A model generated the notes under the pieces. It saw nothing but the letters and a program-made list of their open reading frames with translations. It had not been told where the DNA came from and did not search any database. Positions 9,554 to 20,359 of a DNA stretch of 64,000 nt are shown here, in pieces. Made by a program: the position numbers and the translations under genes. Numbering within the stretch: position 1 is the stretch's first letter; every line of letters starts with the position of its first letter. Source of the DNA: Planctomycetota bacterium (GTDB lineage Bacteria; Planctomycetota; UBA1135; UBA2386); the NCBI GenBank assembly GCA_965228735.1, contig OZ245838.1, positions 2,368,001 through 2,432,000 on the forward strand, written 5' to 3'.

Positions 9554-9685
9554 CTTCCGGTGGGCGCAGAACAGTAGCGCCCGACCTTGACGACGCCACA
9601 AAAAACCGTCTCGCGAGCCGCGCCATGAGACGTGCGGAGGGACGGCCGGATACCAGCGATCCGCACCGCCGCTGAACCCCGCGCA

Positions 9686-9858
9686 AGTCCACACTCAACC
9701 CAGCGGCATCTCGGGTGGCGAGTGCCGCTGAGCGGCCCGAGCGACGCGCTGGAATCGAAAGCCGTCCCCGGATGCCCGCCAGTCACTTCTCGCCAATTCG
9801 AGCGCAGCCGGAGGGATTCTCCGGCCGCACGTGAGGCGAGTCCACACTCAACCCAGCA
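9686..9858 (-). repeat. Repeat family A, two direct copies 153 bp apart
   Basis: Identical 19-mer AGTCCACACTCAACCCAGC at 9686 and 9839. Confidence 0.85.
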
Positions 9859-9861
9859 GCC

Positions 9862-11955
9862 CTAGTTGGCGCCGGCGATCTTGCGCAGCTTCTGCTGCAC
9901 GTCGGCCTTCTCGCGGCCGCTGAGCTTCGCACGCCCAAGGGCGCGCGCCGCAGCGCCGCGGAGGTCGGCCGAACCGTCGCCCTGGACGGTCGCGAGCAGC
10001 GCCTCGATCGCAGCCTCGGGAGCCGAGTCCATGCGGCCGAGGATGCCGGCCATCGCGTCGGCGGCGGCAACCTTGACGGCATCGCTGCCGTTGACGAGCG
10101 CGCCGCGGACGGCGTCGAGCTGGTCGGCCGTGCCGGCCAGGCCGAGCGCCTTGGCGGCCGGGACCGCGACCGCGTCACCGCGATCGAGCTGGGCCGCGAG
10201 GTTGGTGAGGGCCGCGCTGACGCTGGAGCCGTTGGCCGCCATCATGTTGAGCGCCGTGCTGGCACCCGCGGCGTAGCCCTCGGCGCGATCACCGGCCGGG
10301 TTCGGCACGCCCTCGAGGACGCGGTTGACCTCGGCGACGAGCGCCTCGCCGGACAGCGGCGCCTGGACGACGCCGTGGATCGCGTCACCGAAGCGTTCTT
10401 CGGCGGCGGCAGGGTCCTTGGCGACGATCACGATGCGCGCATTGGCCATGCGCGAGTCCTTCTTGACGTTGCCGATGACGTCCTCGGGCAGGCGGTCGGG
10501 CAGGATCTCGTTGATCACGACTACGTCGGTGCGCGGGTTGATCAGCAGGTTCTGCATGCCGCGGACGCCGCTGCTCGCCTCGGTGAAGCCGAGACCGGCC
10601 GTGTCGCTGGCCGCCATCACGGCCTGGCGCGCCGAAGTCTCGGGGCTGATGACCTGGATCGAACGGACCTGCTCCTCGGCCACGGCTTCGGCGAGGATCC
10701 GCACGACCTTGCCGGCAGCCGGCACGTTCGCGCCGTTGCTCGCCTTGACGAGCGCCGCGGCGGCCGCGTACTTGACGCGCTTGTCACTGCTGTCGAGAGC
10801 CTGGATCAGCGAGCTCTGACCAACCGTGTCCTGCCCTTCGGCGTCGGCGAGGATCATCGCCGCCTCGACGGCGATCGGCTTCAGGCCGTCCTTCATGCCG
10901 TCTTCGAGCACCTTTCGCACGGCCTGGACGCCGGAGGCGTTGGCGGCGATCCGGAGCTCCGGAACGATCGCGGCGAGCTCGGCCGCCGACTCGTCCCCGG
11001 CCTTGATCGAACTCTCGATGACGCTGATCTCGGCGAGGTTCGCCGACGCCAGCGTCGCGATCGCCTCTTCACTCTGCGGCGCCGCCGCAACCGCGTCCGC
11101 GGCGACCGACTTCGCGAGCTCGTACTGGTAGACGAGCGCCGGCACGTCGGTGTACTCGAGCTTGTCGTCGTTCAGCGACCAGATCACGTCGCTGAACGCG
11201 CCGGACGCGATGCCACCGGCGATGTACTCCTTGGCCTGCGCGATCGCGAGCTCCGTATCACTCCGGGTCACGTTGTTCGCCTTCAGGAAGCGCTTCGCGA
11301 TCTGCGCGATCGGCACGCGGCTGTCGCCGGCAAGACGAGCCATGACCGGCGCGGCACGCATGTCACCGATGTGGTAGAGCGCGGCGGCGGCGTTCTGGAC
11401 GGTGATCTCATTGCTGCTCTTCAGCGCCTCGATCAGCGGCAGGACCGCGACCGTGTTGAGCTGCGTCAGCGTGTAGATCGCCTTGATCGAGCCCTCGATG
11501 TCGTCGGGGTTGCCGAGCCGCTCGACGAGCGCCGGCACCGCGAACTCACCGTGGTTGGCAATCAGCTTGTTGACCGCATCCTGACGCTCGCCGAAGTTCT
11601 CGCTCTGGGTCGCCGTCTCGACCAGCGCGTTGATCGTGTCGGCATCGCGCGACTCCTCCTGGCGCTCGACCTTGGCGCGCTCGAGGATCGACTGCGCGAA
11701 CTTGCGGATCGCGTCGTCGTTGTCGGTGAGCAGCATGTAGTACTCGTCCTGCGAGACCGACTGGTAGTACTGCAGCGCGTCCTCGTTCGACGGGTCGGAC
11801 TGCAGGAGCTCCTGCAGGATCGTCTTGGCTTCCTCCGGCTTACCGAGACGGATGGCGTTGACGGCTTCCTTGAGCTGCGACTGCGCAACCACCTGGCCGG
11901 AGACGACGCACGCGACGACGGCGGCCAGGAGAGAGTGATGGAACGAGCGGGCCAT
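9862..11955 (-). CDS. Secreted HEAT-repeat protein with an internal receiver-like domain
   Basis: ATG at 11955 with AAGGAG RBS; signal peptide ending VVA-Q; HEAT motifs (AVPALVERL, AVLPLIEALKSS, LIQALDSSDKRVKYAAAAAL); REC-like segment PRTDVVVINEILP...ARIVIVA. Confidence 0.75.
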   Translation of the reverse strand: MARSFHHSLLAAVVACVVSGQVVAQSQLKEAVNAIRLGKPEEAKTILQELLQSDPSNEDALQYYQSVSQDEYYMLLTDNDDAIRKFAQSILERAKVERQEESRDADTINALVETATQSENFGERQDAVNKLIANHGEFAVPALVERLGNPDDIEGSIKAIYTLTQLNTVAVLPLIEALKSSNEITVQNAAAALYHIGDMRAAPVMARLAGDSRVPIAQIAKRFLKANNVTRSDTELAIAQAKEYIAGGIASGAFSDVIWSLNDDKLEYTDVPALVYQYELAKSVAADAVAAAPQSEEAIATLASANLAEISVIESSIKAGDESAAELAAIVPELRIAANASGVQAVRKVLEDGMKDGLKPIAVEAAMILADAEGQDTVGQSSLIQALDSSDKRVKYAAAAALVKASNGANVPAAGKVVRILAEAVAEEQVRSIQVISPETSARQAVMAASDTAGLGFTEASSGVRGMQNLLINPRTDVVVINEILPDRLPEDVIGNVKKDSRMANARIVIVAKDPAAAEERFGDAIHGVVQAPLSGEALVAEVNRVLEGVPNPAGDRAEGYAAGASTALNMMAANGSSVSAALTNLAAQLDRGDAVAVPAAKALGLAGTADQLDAVRGALVNGSDAVKVAAADAMAGILGRMDSAPEAAIEALLATVQGDGSADLRGAAARALGRAKLSGREKADVQQKLRKIAGAN

Positions 11956-12374
11956 GAAACGGGACTCCTTGAATGGGAGAGGCGGTAGGGGTCTGCCGGC
12001 GCCGATGCGGCGCACTGCTTGGGGCTTGGGAACGGATTGAGGGCGTCGGATCGAAGGGGCCGCGGCACCCGGGGCGAGTTGACGAGCGGCCGGAACTCCG
12101 GTCAGCCAGCGAAGCTGGATCAGCTGGCGAATCCTATGTTCCGCCGCCCAACCGTCAAGTAGACGCCTCGGGACAGTGGCGATCGTAGGAGGATAACCCG
12201 CCAGACCGGAGAAGAACGCCCCCACCCTGCCCCGAGCCGCAGCCCCCACGGCGAGGCCGCGATGGCACCGGCGAATCGTGCCTCGGGGCGGCCCCGGAAA
12301 ATGCCCGCGAAGCCGGGCCGCGATCGCCGCCAATTCGCCCAACGTCTTGCCAGCGCTTCCGCTACCGTGCCCCC

Positions 12375-13742
12375 ATGGCGCCGAAAGCCACGATCCTGAT
12401 CGTCGATGACCACCGGGCCGTGCGGGAGGAGCTCGCGTTCGCGCTCGACTACGACGGCTTCGCCACGGCCGAGGCCGGCGACGGCCAACAGTGCCTCGAC
12501 CGCATCGCCGAGCAGCCCGAGATCGCCCTCGTTCTGCTCGACATCAAGCTCCCGGGCATCGACGGACTCGAGGTCCTGCAGCGACTCAAGCAGGAACGCC
12601 CGGAGCTGCCCGTGGTCATGATCTCGGGGCACGGCGACCTCGACACCGCGGTGCTCGCCGTGCGCCGAGGCGCCTACGACTTCCTGCAGAAGCCATTCGA
12701 GACCGACCGGGTCCTGCTCTCGATCAAGAACGCGCTCGATCACGCCAAGCTCGAGCACGACAACCGGAAACTGCGCAGCAAGCTGCAGACCGAGAACCGC
12801 CTGCTCGGCGACAGCGAGCCGATGGCGCGGGTGCGCGCGACGATCGACAAGGTCGCGCCGACCGCCGTGCCGGTGCTGATCACGGGCGAGAACGGCACGG
12901 GCAAAGAACTCGTCGCGCAGCGGCTGCACGGCATGAGCAAGCGCGCCGAGCGACCGTTCGTGGCGATCAACTGCGCTGCGATCCCGGCGGAGCTCGCGGA
13001 GAGCGAGCTGTTCGGCCACGAGAAGGGCGCGTTCACGGGTGCGGTGGCGAGCCGACCCGGCGCGTTCGAACAGGCCGACTCGGGCACGCTGTTCCTCGAC
13101 GAGGTCGGCGACCTGCCGCTGCCGATGCAGGCCAAGCTGCTGCGCGCACTGCAGGAGCAGACGGTGCAACGGCTCGGCAGTCAGAAAAACGTGACCGTCG
13201 ACGTGCGCATCCTCGCCGCGACCAACCAGGACCTCGACGCGATGGTCGCGGAGAAGACGTTCCGCGAGGACCTGTTCTATCGGCTCCACGTCGTGCGCGT
13301 GCACCTGCCGCCGCTGCGTGAGCGCCCGGCCGACATCGAGCGGCTCGCGACACACTTCCTCGAGGCGGCGTGCAGCCGCAACGGCATCGACCGCAAGAAG
13401 CTCGCGTCCGGCACCTCAGCGTGGCTACGCGGTCAGCAATGGCCGGGCAACGTGCGTCAGCTCAAGAACGTGATCGAAGCGGCCGCGATCCTCGCGGACG
13501 ACGCCAAGGTCGAGGTCGCCGACCTCGAGGGCGTCACGGTGCCGACCCCGAGCCGCAGCGCCGACGGTGAGACGGACTGGTTCGAGTTCGAGAAGCTCGA
13601 GGACTTCCGCGCCGCGACGGAGAAGGAGTTCTTGCGGCGCAAGCTGCTCGAGAACAACGGCAACATCAAGCGCACCGCCGAACGCATCCAGCTCATGCGG
13701 TCGAACCTCTACAAGAAGCTCGACCGCTACGGGCTCAAGTAG
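12375..13742 (+). CDS. Sigma-54-dependent response regulator (NtrC/NtrX family)
   Basis: REC domain ([11 protein letters not shown]), Walker [39 protein letters not shown] and a Fis-type HTH. Confidence 0.95.
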   Translation: MAPKATILIVDDHRAVREELAFALDYDGFATAEAGDGQQCLDRIAEQPEIALVLLDIKLPGIDGLEVLQRLKQERPELPVVMISGHGDLDTAVLAVRRGAYDFLQKPFETDRVLLSIKNALDHAKLEHDNRKLRSKLQTENRLLGDSEPMARVRATIDKVAPTAVPVLITGENGTGKELVAQRLHGMSKRAERPFVAINCAAIPAELAESELFGHEKGAFTGAVASRPGAFEQADSGTLFLDEVGDLPLPMQAKLLRALQEQTVQRLGSQKNVTVDVRILAATNQDLDAMVAEKTFREDLFYRLHVVRVHLPPLRERPADIERLATHFLEAACSRNGIDRKKLASGTSAWLRGQQWPGNVRQLKNVIEAAAILADDAKVEVADLEGVTVPTPSRSADGETDWFEFEKLEDFRAATEKEFLRRKLLENNGNIKRTAERIQLMRSNLYKKLDRYGLK

Positions 13743-13774
13743 GGCGCCCGCGCCCGCCGCGATTCGCCGGCGCG

Positions 13775-14761
13775 CTATTCTCCGGCGGTCGTCGGCAGCA
13801 GCAGCTTCTGGTCTTCCCGGAGCGTGTCGCTCGACAGGCCGTTGAGCTCCTTGATCGCGCGAATCATGCGGTCCGCGTTGCGGGCGCCGTAGCGCCGCGC
13901 CGCGATCTTCCAGAGCGAGTCGCCCGACTGCACGGTGTAGGACACCGTCGCCGCGGCGGCGGCCGGCGCGTTCGCATTCGCCGCCCTGTTCTCACCGCCG
14001 AGCGGCCGCGCGCCGGGCACCTGGAACGACGGCCCACGCGTTGCGGGGCTCGTGTTCGGGCCAAGGACGGTGGCCGGCGTGCCAGACGGCTGGTAACCCG
14101 GCTGGTAACCTGGCTGGGGCGTCGCACCACCGGCCGCCGAACCGTCACCCGCGAGCAGGCGCGGCTGGCGGGCCTCGTACGCGGCGAGCACGACCTCGTC
14201 ATCGACCCACGGCACGACCACTTCCTGGCCGATCCGCAGCACGGTGAGCTGTTCGTTGAGCGCCTTGGCCTCGTCGAGGAACGGCCCGCGCTTGCCGCAC
14301 CAGCGTCGCACGAGGGACTCGAGCGAGTCGCCGGCGCGCGCACGCACGATCCGGACCGTGCGGTCGCGGCGGCTCTCGCCGAGGAGCTGCTGCACGCGCT
14401 GCGTGGCCGGCACGGGCACGGTCGCGACCAGCGGCGACTGCGTCTCGGCGCGATCTTGCTGCGTCGCGCCCCCTTGCCGGGTGGCGCCGTTCATGACATC
14501 GCCAACGCCAGCTGAGCCGTCGTTCGACGCGCCCTCGCCGCCTTGCCCGCCTTCGTTCGTCAGGGCAGCCTGCCGCTCGTCGACGCGCCGCTGGTCGAGC
14601 ATCTGCCCGAGACCGCGCACCCCGTCACCGTCGGCACCAGCGCCGTTCGCGCCGGGTTTCGTGGCCGCGCCGCTGTCGCGTCCGAAGAAGACCGCGACCA
14701 CGAGAATGACCGCCAAGAACCCCGTGACGAGGTACACCAGTATCCGCTCGTTCTGCTTCAT
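13775..14761 (-). CDS. Membrane-anchored LysM peptidoglycan-binding protein
   Basis: N-terminal TM helix; C-terminal YTVQSGDSLWKIAARRYG...IKELNGLSSDTLREDQKLLLP; a second degenerate LysM (RARAGDSLESLVRR). Confidence 0.85.
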   Translation of the reverse strand: MKQNERILVYLVTGFLAVILVVAVFFGRDSGAATKPGANGAGADGDGVRGLGQMLDQRRVDERQAALTNEGGQGGEGASNDGSAGVGDVMNGATRQGGATQQDRAETQSPLVATVPVPATQRVQQLLGESRRDRTVRIVRARAGDSLESLVRRWCGKRGPFLDEAKALNEQLTVLRIGQEVVVPWVDDEVVLAAYEARQPRLLAGDGSAAGGATPQPGYQPGYQPSGTPATVLGPNTSPATRGPSFQVPGARPLGGENRAANANAPAAAAATVSYTVQSGDSLWKIAARRYGARNADRMIRAIKELNGLSSDTLREDQKLLLPTTAGE

Positions 14762-14911
14762 CAGCCCCTCCCGGGAGCATTCTGTTTGCGCGCGGCTGAC
14801 CGACCGCGTTGCGCAGGCATTCTACGAAGCGGCCCGTCATTCGCGCAACCCCGAATGACGAGCCAACTAGCAGCAAATCCGAGGCGGTGACCTCGGGGTG
14901 CCCGGTCGACC

Positions 14912-16714
14912 TCAGCGGCGCCGGCCGCCCGGCAGGTCGTCGCGCCGCATCTTGAGCTCGACCTCCTTGTCACCGCGCTTGACCGTGAACGTCAAGACCT
15001 TGGCGTCGTTGTCACGCATCGTGCGGAACAGGTCGCGCATCTGCGCCAGCTTGTCGCCGTTGAGCTTGAGGATCACGTCGCCCTGCATCAGCCCCATCTT
15101 CGCGCCGCGGCCGTCCTTCGTGACGCTCTTGACCGCCATCCCGTCGACCTCGGCCTCGAAGATCATCTCGGCGATGCGCGCCGACTGGGCGCGCCGGCCG
15201 CCACCGCGTTGCACGTCGGCGCGATCGAGCATCTCCGGCAGGTTGGCCGTGCCGAGCGCCGCGAGCGCGATGACCGTCGCCGTGTGGCGCTGGTACTCCG
15301 GCACCGCGACCTCATAGGTATCCCACTGCGTGTGCCAGGTGTGCTGGAAGTAGTTGCTGCGACCCTTGAGGCTCCAGTTGAGTCCCGGCACGCCGGCCGC
15401 GATGAACGACGCGTGGTCGCTGCCGCCGCCGCCCCGCAGGCTGCGCGACTTGTTGAGGTTGAAGACCGGCTCGTCCCAGTACGGATCCGGCGGCGTCATC
15501 AGCTCGAGAACGGGCGCGAAGACGGCCTCGAGCTGGCCGTGCATCTTGCCGGGCGCGCTGAGACCCTGCGCCCAGTTGGTGCCCGTGTCGTGGTTGAACA
15601 CGGCCGACACCTTCTCCATCTCCGTGCGGTGCCGCTTCACGTACTCGCGACTGCCGAGCAGGCCCTGCTCCTCGCCGCCCCAGAGGCAGAACCGGATCGT
15701 GCGCTTCGGCTTCGCGCCCGCCGCCATGAGGATGCGCGCGGCCTCCATCGTCGACGTGGTGCCCGTGCCGTTGTCCGTGCAGCCCTGCGCCTGGTGCCAG
15801 CTGTCGAGGTGACCGCAGACGATGACGACCTCGTCGGGCTTCTCGCTGCCCGGGATCTCGGCGACGACGTTGTAGAGCGGGATGCCGCCGTCGCGGAACT
15901 CGTTGTCGATGTCGAACTCACCGATCACGCCAGCCGAGCCCTCGAGCAGCTCTGCCAGGCGATCGGCCTGGTCGGCGCGGATCGCGATCTGCGGCACGGT
16001 CGGCACCTGGTCGATCGGCATCTGCGCCGTGCGGCTGCTGCCGAACACGCGCACCCGCGTCGGGAATCGCTCGTCCGGATCGCTCGCCCGGTAGAGCCAG
16101 CCGAGGATGCCGACCTTCTCGCATGCGTCGCGCATCGCGCGGTTCGGGCGCTTGCTGTAGTAGACCCACTTGCCACCGACCGACTTGCCGTCGACCTCTT
16201 CCTCCGTCTCCGGCACGTTCACGATGAAGCCGGTCCGCGGCCCGTTCGTGCCCGCCGTCCAGGCGTTGGTCGCGACGTAGAGGTCGATGTGCTCGGGCAC
16301 GGTGATGCGGCCCTTCCACTCGCCGCGGTTCCACGCGAGGTTCCACTCGCCCCACTTCTCGAGCCGCACGATCGGCACACCCATCTGCTGGTACTGCATC
16401 ATCGCCCACGCGCACGCGTGCGTGAAGTTGTCCGAGCCGGTGAGACGGTGGCCGACGTCGTGCGTGAGGCCGTGCAACAGCGTCATCACCTGACTGTTCT
16501 CGATGCCTTCAGTGACGATCTTCTCCGCCATGCCCTCGGGCAGCAGCGGGCCGGCCTCTTCGAGGACGACTTCTTCGACGACCTCGACGACCTCGGTCGG
16601 CGGAGCGGTCGGCGGAGCGGCCGGCTCTTGCGCGACGACGAACGGCGCGAGCGCGAACGAGAGGGCCAGCGGCGGAGCGAACGAGAACGGCAACAGTGTG
16701 CGAACGAGCTTCAT
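14912..16714 (-). CDS. M28-family metallopeptidase (carboxypeptidase Q-like) with C-terminal PDZ-like domain
   Basis: Signal peptide; GHLDSW, DNGTG, WGGEEQGLLGS, SDHASF, HTQWDT; GLMQGDVILKLNG. Confidence 0.88.
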   Translation of the reverse strand: MKLVRTLLPFSFAPPLALSFALAPFVVAQEPAAPPTAPPTEVVEVVEEVVLEEAGPLLPEGMAEKIVTEGIENSQVMTLLHGLTHDVGHRLTGSDNFTHACAWAMMQYQQMGVPIVRLEKWGEWNLAWNRGEWKGRITVPEHIDLYVATNAWTAGTNGPRTGFIVNVPETEEEVDGKSVGGKWVYYSKRPNRAMRDACEKVGILGWLYRASDPDERFPTRVRVFGSSRTAQMPIDQVPTVPQIAIRADQADRLAELLEGSAGVIGEFDIDNEFRDGGIPLYNVVAEIPGSEKPDEVVIVCGHLDSWHQAQGCTDNGTGTTSTMEAARILMAAGAKPKRTIRFCLWGGEEQGLLGSREYVKRHRTEMEKVSAVFNHDTGTNWAQGLSAPGKMHGQLEAVFAPVLELMTPPDPYWDEPVFNLNKSRSLRGGGGSDHASFIAAGVPGLNWSLKGRSNYFQHTWHTQWDTYEVAVPEYQRHTATVIALAALGTANLPEMLDRADVQRGGGRRAQSARIAEMIFEAEVDGMAVKSVTKDGRGAKMGLMQGDVILKLNGDKLAQMRDLFRTMRDNDAKVLTFTVKRGDKEVELKMRRDDLPGGRRR

Positions 16715-16851
16715 GGGATACCTCGAGGGTGGTTTACGCCCATGGCCACGCGAATGCGAGCGGCCGCGAAGCGCCGCGACACGAACGCGACAACGACCCG
16801 AAACCGGACCCCGAACGGCCCCGGGACCGGCGCAATCGGCCGATCAGCCGA

Positions 16852-18180
16852 TCAGTCGTCGCCCCGCAACAGCGGCTCGATGACGGCGGCCATCTCCTGC
16901 TCGCTCGGCTCGGCCGTGAACTCCGTGTAGCCGCGCCGCTGGTACTCCTCGAAGTAGGCGCGCACCTCGGCCGTGGAGTAGGCGCCGCCGTTGTCGCCGA
17001 ACTTGGTCACGAACGGCGTGAAGTGCGGATACAGCGCCTCCGCCCCCTGCTTCCCCCACCAGTCGCCGTGCAGCGTCGTCTTGCAGAAGTTGCCGATGAG
17101 GATGTCGTCGAACGCGTTCCACTCGATCGCCTGCATCAGCGACTGCCGCGGCGTCGCGAACGTCACGCCACGATCGTGCTCACGGTTGATGTCGATCGCG
17201 TGGTCCTTGTCGCCGACGCGGAAGTTGATGTGGCCGATGCAGCTGTGGAGGTGCTCGACCCGCCGGAAGTAGTCGGCGAGCACCTTGACGTCGGCGCTCT
17301 CGAGCGGCGTCGACCAATCGTCGCCGAAGTCCGCCGGCGACTGCAACGGTTGGTCGTTTGCCGGCGGGTCGATCCTCTCGTACTGCCCGGTCTGCAGATC
17401 GAACTGCACGTAGGCGGGCAGGCACGTGCGGCGTCCGCCGTCGAAACCCAACTCATGGTCCTGAATCGGCGTCGCGTACTCGTCCGCCCACGCGCTGTCC
17501 GTGCGGTTGTAGCGATGCATCGAACTCGACGGCGCGAAGTAGTCGATGTCGTAGTAGTCGAGCATCGCCTTGATGCCCGGCCCGCACGGCTCCTTGTTCG
17601 CGGCTGCCGGCAGCACACGGTTGCCCTGCTCGTCGAAGAAGTTGATCATGTCCGCGTCGCCGTAGCCCGTGAGGCAGGCGAGGACGCGGCGCTTCCGGAA
17701 CCGCTCGCGCTCCCGCTGCAGGAAGCGACTGCTGCCGCGATTGCCCGCGTCGTTCGCGTCGATCACGAGGTGCCCGTCGATGTCCATCACGAGCGTCGCG
17801 TCCTGGTTGTAGTTCGCGAGCGACGCGATCCGCACGCGGTCGCTGACCGGGAACCACTCCCCGCACTTCAGCGTCGTGACGTCGAACCCCATGCCCGCGA
17901 GGTCGTTCGCGATGCGACTGCCGTAGTGATCGGCGAGCAGGATCTTGCTCGAACGCAGGTTCTCCAGGGATTCGAGGCTCAGGTGGTCGGGGTGCCCGTG
18001 CGAGATCCAGAGGTACTTGCAGCGCTTGACGCTCTCCTGCTGCGCCCCGGGCACGGCGTGACTGAGCCGCCAGGAACCGAAATACGCCAGCCCCGTGAGC
18101 CAGGGGTCCGTGGCGAGCACGGGCCCGTTGTCGTGCGCGATGAGGCAGGCGTTGCCGATCGTCTCGAAGCCGAGATCCAT
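16852..18180 (-). CDS. MBL-fold metallo-hydrolase (UlaG/CMP-Neu5Ac hydroxylase-like domain)
   Basis: ATDPWLTGLAYFGSW and ISHGHPDHL (HxHxDH). Start set at ATG 18180. Confidence 0.75.
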   Translation of the reverse strand: MDLGFETIGNACLIAHDNGPVLATDPWLTGLAYFGSWRLSHAVPGAQQESVKRCKYLWISHGHPDHLSLESLENLRSSKILLADHYGSRIANDLAGMGFDVTTLKCGEWFPVSDRVRIASLANYNQDATLVMDIDGHLVIDANDAGNRGSSRFLQRERERFRKRRVLACLTGYGDADMINFFDEQGNRVLPAAANKEPCGPGIKAMLDYYDIDYFAPSSSMHRYNRTDSAWADEYATPIQDHELGFDGGRRTCLPAYVQFDLQTGQYERIDPPANDQPLQSPADFGDDWSTPLESADVKVLADYFRRVEHLHSCIGHINFRVGDKDHAIDINREHDRGVTFATPRQSLMQAIEWNAFDDILIGNFCKTTLHGDWWGKQGAEALYPHFTPFVTKFGDNGGAYSTAEVRAYFEEYQRRGYTEFTAEPSEQEMAAVIEPLLRGDD

Positions 18181-18253
18181 GTCAGCGGTGTAGCACGGGC
18201 GCGGGCGCACCGCTATCCGCAGTTGGGCCCGCCGGCGGCGACTGCCGCCGACC

Positions 18254-20359
18254 TTAGAGAATGTCGAGGATGCCGGTGCCGCCGCCCGTCAGGGACTCGA
18301 TCGCGGCTCGATAGTTGATGTCGCACGCGACGACGCCCCCGAAGGGCACCGGAGCCGGGTCGGCGATGCCCCCGAGCGCGGCAGCCGCGAACGCACGCGT
18401 CAGCGCCGGCCGCTTCGCATCGGCGAGGAGTTCGACGAGCGGGCCGATCGAGCGCCGGTTGCCGACATGACCCAGCGCCACCGCGATCGCAGCCAGTCGG
18501 GCGACGCCGACGCCCGGGCGCGCGAGCATCGCGTGCAGATCGCGCGCGGCCGCACGATCGCCGAGATGTCCCAGCGCCATCGCGCACTGCCGCATGAGTT
18601 CGGGCCGGCGCTCCGCGGTCCGCAGGATCCCACGCAGCTTGTCCGCCGCGCGATCGTCGCGCATCAGGGCGAGGCCGATACAGCAGTAGCCGGCCAAGGC
18701 GTCGTCCTCGCGCGAGTCGTCGAGGCGCGCTCGCAGCGCCGGCGCCGCGTCGAGGCAGCACGTCAGCCCGAGCGCGACGGCGAGCGCGCCGGCCAGTTCG
18801 CGATTCCGCGCCCGGTGGAACTCGGCGAGCAAGGCCTGGGCAACGAGTCGATCCGGCTCGACCGCCAATCGGCGCGTCGCCGATCGGGTCAGTCGACGGT
18901 GCTCGCCGAGGCCGAGCGCGAGGGCGCACCACGGCTTCTCGAGCGCCTTGGTCCCGCGGTCGAGTTCGCGCAGCAGCGCGTTGCGGTTCTCGACGCCGCC
19001 GATCTGACCGAGCGCCAGCACGGCGAAGTATCGCGTCTGCTGATCGCGGTGCCGCCGCCACACGTCGAGCAGCACTGCTCTCTCGGCAGCGCCGGCAGCG
19101 CCGGGCAGCCCGAGTCGGCCGAGACCGAGCGCCGCGGCGCGAGCCTGATCGTGGCCCACCACGCGGCCGTCGATGCTGCCCTGCAGCAGCCGGCGGAAGA
19201 GCGCGCGATAGCGCGCCGCGCAGTCGTCCGTCGGCTGAACGAGCCGCGCGATCGCCGTCGCGCAGTGCGACTGCAGCGACTGCTGCCCCGGTCCGCGACG
19301 ATCCAGCAGGCAGCGTTCGAGCGTGGCCAGGACGCTAGCGCGCAGCGTCCGCACGCCACCGCTCGGTTCGGCACTCGCGCCCCCCGCCTGCAGGGGCAGG
19401 AGGCCGAGCCCGAAGATCGCGCCCACCAGCACGTGCCGATTGCATCGGCGATCCTCGACGAGCGGTCGCAGCGCCCGCACGGCGCGGTAGGTCGTCGCGA
19501 GTCGCTGCGATCGCCGCGCCGCCAGGCCGAGCGCGTACGCCGCGAACGCGCGCGTCCGATCATCGACCGGAATCCCGCCACAGGCGGCGCTGGCGACCGA
19601 CGTTCCGTGCACGAGCGCGGTGAGGAGACGGATCGCACGATCGCCATCGAGCCCGGCGAGCCCGAGCGCGAGCGCCGCGGTTTCGCGCACCTCCTGGTCG
19701 CGGCGGGCGAGTCGGGCGGCGAACGCGTCGACGAGCGCCGACTCATCGGTAGACGCCCCCACCTTCGCCATCGCGATCATCGCCGCGGTCACGACATCCC
19801 GGTCATCGGTGCTCGCGTTCGCGGCCAGCAACGCCGGCAGAACGCGCCGTTCGACGTCGTCGCGCGTCGGCTGCAACCCGTCCCGCGCGAGGCCGCGCCG
19901 CCCGGCGCCGAGATAGAAATCGTCACTGCCGGTCCGCGGTCCGAGCTCGTCACTCGCCCGCCGCACCAGGTAGCGGTCCTTGTTGAACTCCCACCAATGG
20001 GACCACCGCGTCGCATCGTCGGCGAGAGTGATCCCGCCGGTGCGCCCCGCGCCACCGCGATTCGGACCGGGCGTTGCCGGCCCCGGCGTCCCGCCCCGCG
20101 GCGGACCGGCGCCGGGCGTGGTCGGACCGCCCGACGGCCCGGTTCCCGGCGGCGCAACGGGCCCGGAACCGCCGAGCGGCCCGGTCGGCGGCGGCGGCGG
20201 TGGCGGTTGATGGGGATTCGGACGCGGCGGTGTGTTGCGGTTCGGCGGCCGGTACTGGCCGCCGTGCGGCGAGCAGATTCCGAACGCGGACAGGGACGCG
20301 GTGAGGACCAGCGCACTGGTCACGACCGTTGCGAAACGCCAGAGGGGTGGGCGCTGCAT
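18254..20359 (-). CDS. Secreted HEAT-repeat protein with Pro/Gly-rich N-terminus
   Basis: Signal peptide, HGGQYRPP, a Pro/Gly tract, WSHWWEFNKD, then many HEAT-like units (EVRETAALALGLAG, TRYFAVLALGQIG). Confidence 0.75.
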   Translation of the reverse strand: MQRPPLWRFATVVTSALVLTASLSAFGICSPHGGQYRPPNRNTPPRPNPHQPPPPPPPTGPLGGSGPVAPPGTGPSGGPTTPGAGPPRGGTPGPATPGPNRGGAGRTGGITLADDATRWSHWWEFNKDRYLVRRASDELGPRTGSDDFYLGAGRRGLARDGLQPTRDDVERRVLPALLAANASTDDRDVVTAAMIAMAKVGASTDESALVDAFAARLARRDQEVRETAALALGLAGLDGDRAIRLLTALVHGTSVASAACGGIPVDDRTRAFAAYALGLAARRSQRLATTYRAVRALRPLVEDRRCNRHVLVGAIFGLGLLPLQAGGASAEPSGGVRTLRASVLATLERCLLDRRGPGQQSLQSHCATAIARLVQPTDDCAARYRALFRRLLQGSIDGRVVGHDQARAAALGLGRLGLPGAAGAAERAVLLDVWRRHRDQQTRYFAVLALGQIGGVENRNALLRELDRGTKALEKPWCALALGLGEHRRLTRSATRRLAVEPDRLVAQALLAEFHRARNRELAGALAVALGLTCCLDAAPALRARLDDSREDDALAGYCCIGLALMRDDRAADKLRGILRTAERRPELMRQCAMALGHLGDRAAARDLHAMLARPGVGVARLAAIAVALGHVGNRRSIGPLVELLADAKRPALTRAFAAAALGGIADPAPVPFGGVVACDINYRAAIESLTGGGTGILDIL

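Noticed and set aside
9479..9860. tRNA-Thr as the integration site of a genomic island
   Set aside because: No integrase and no duplicated tRNA 3' end were noticed in the window
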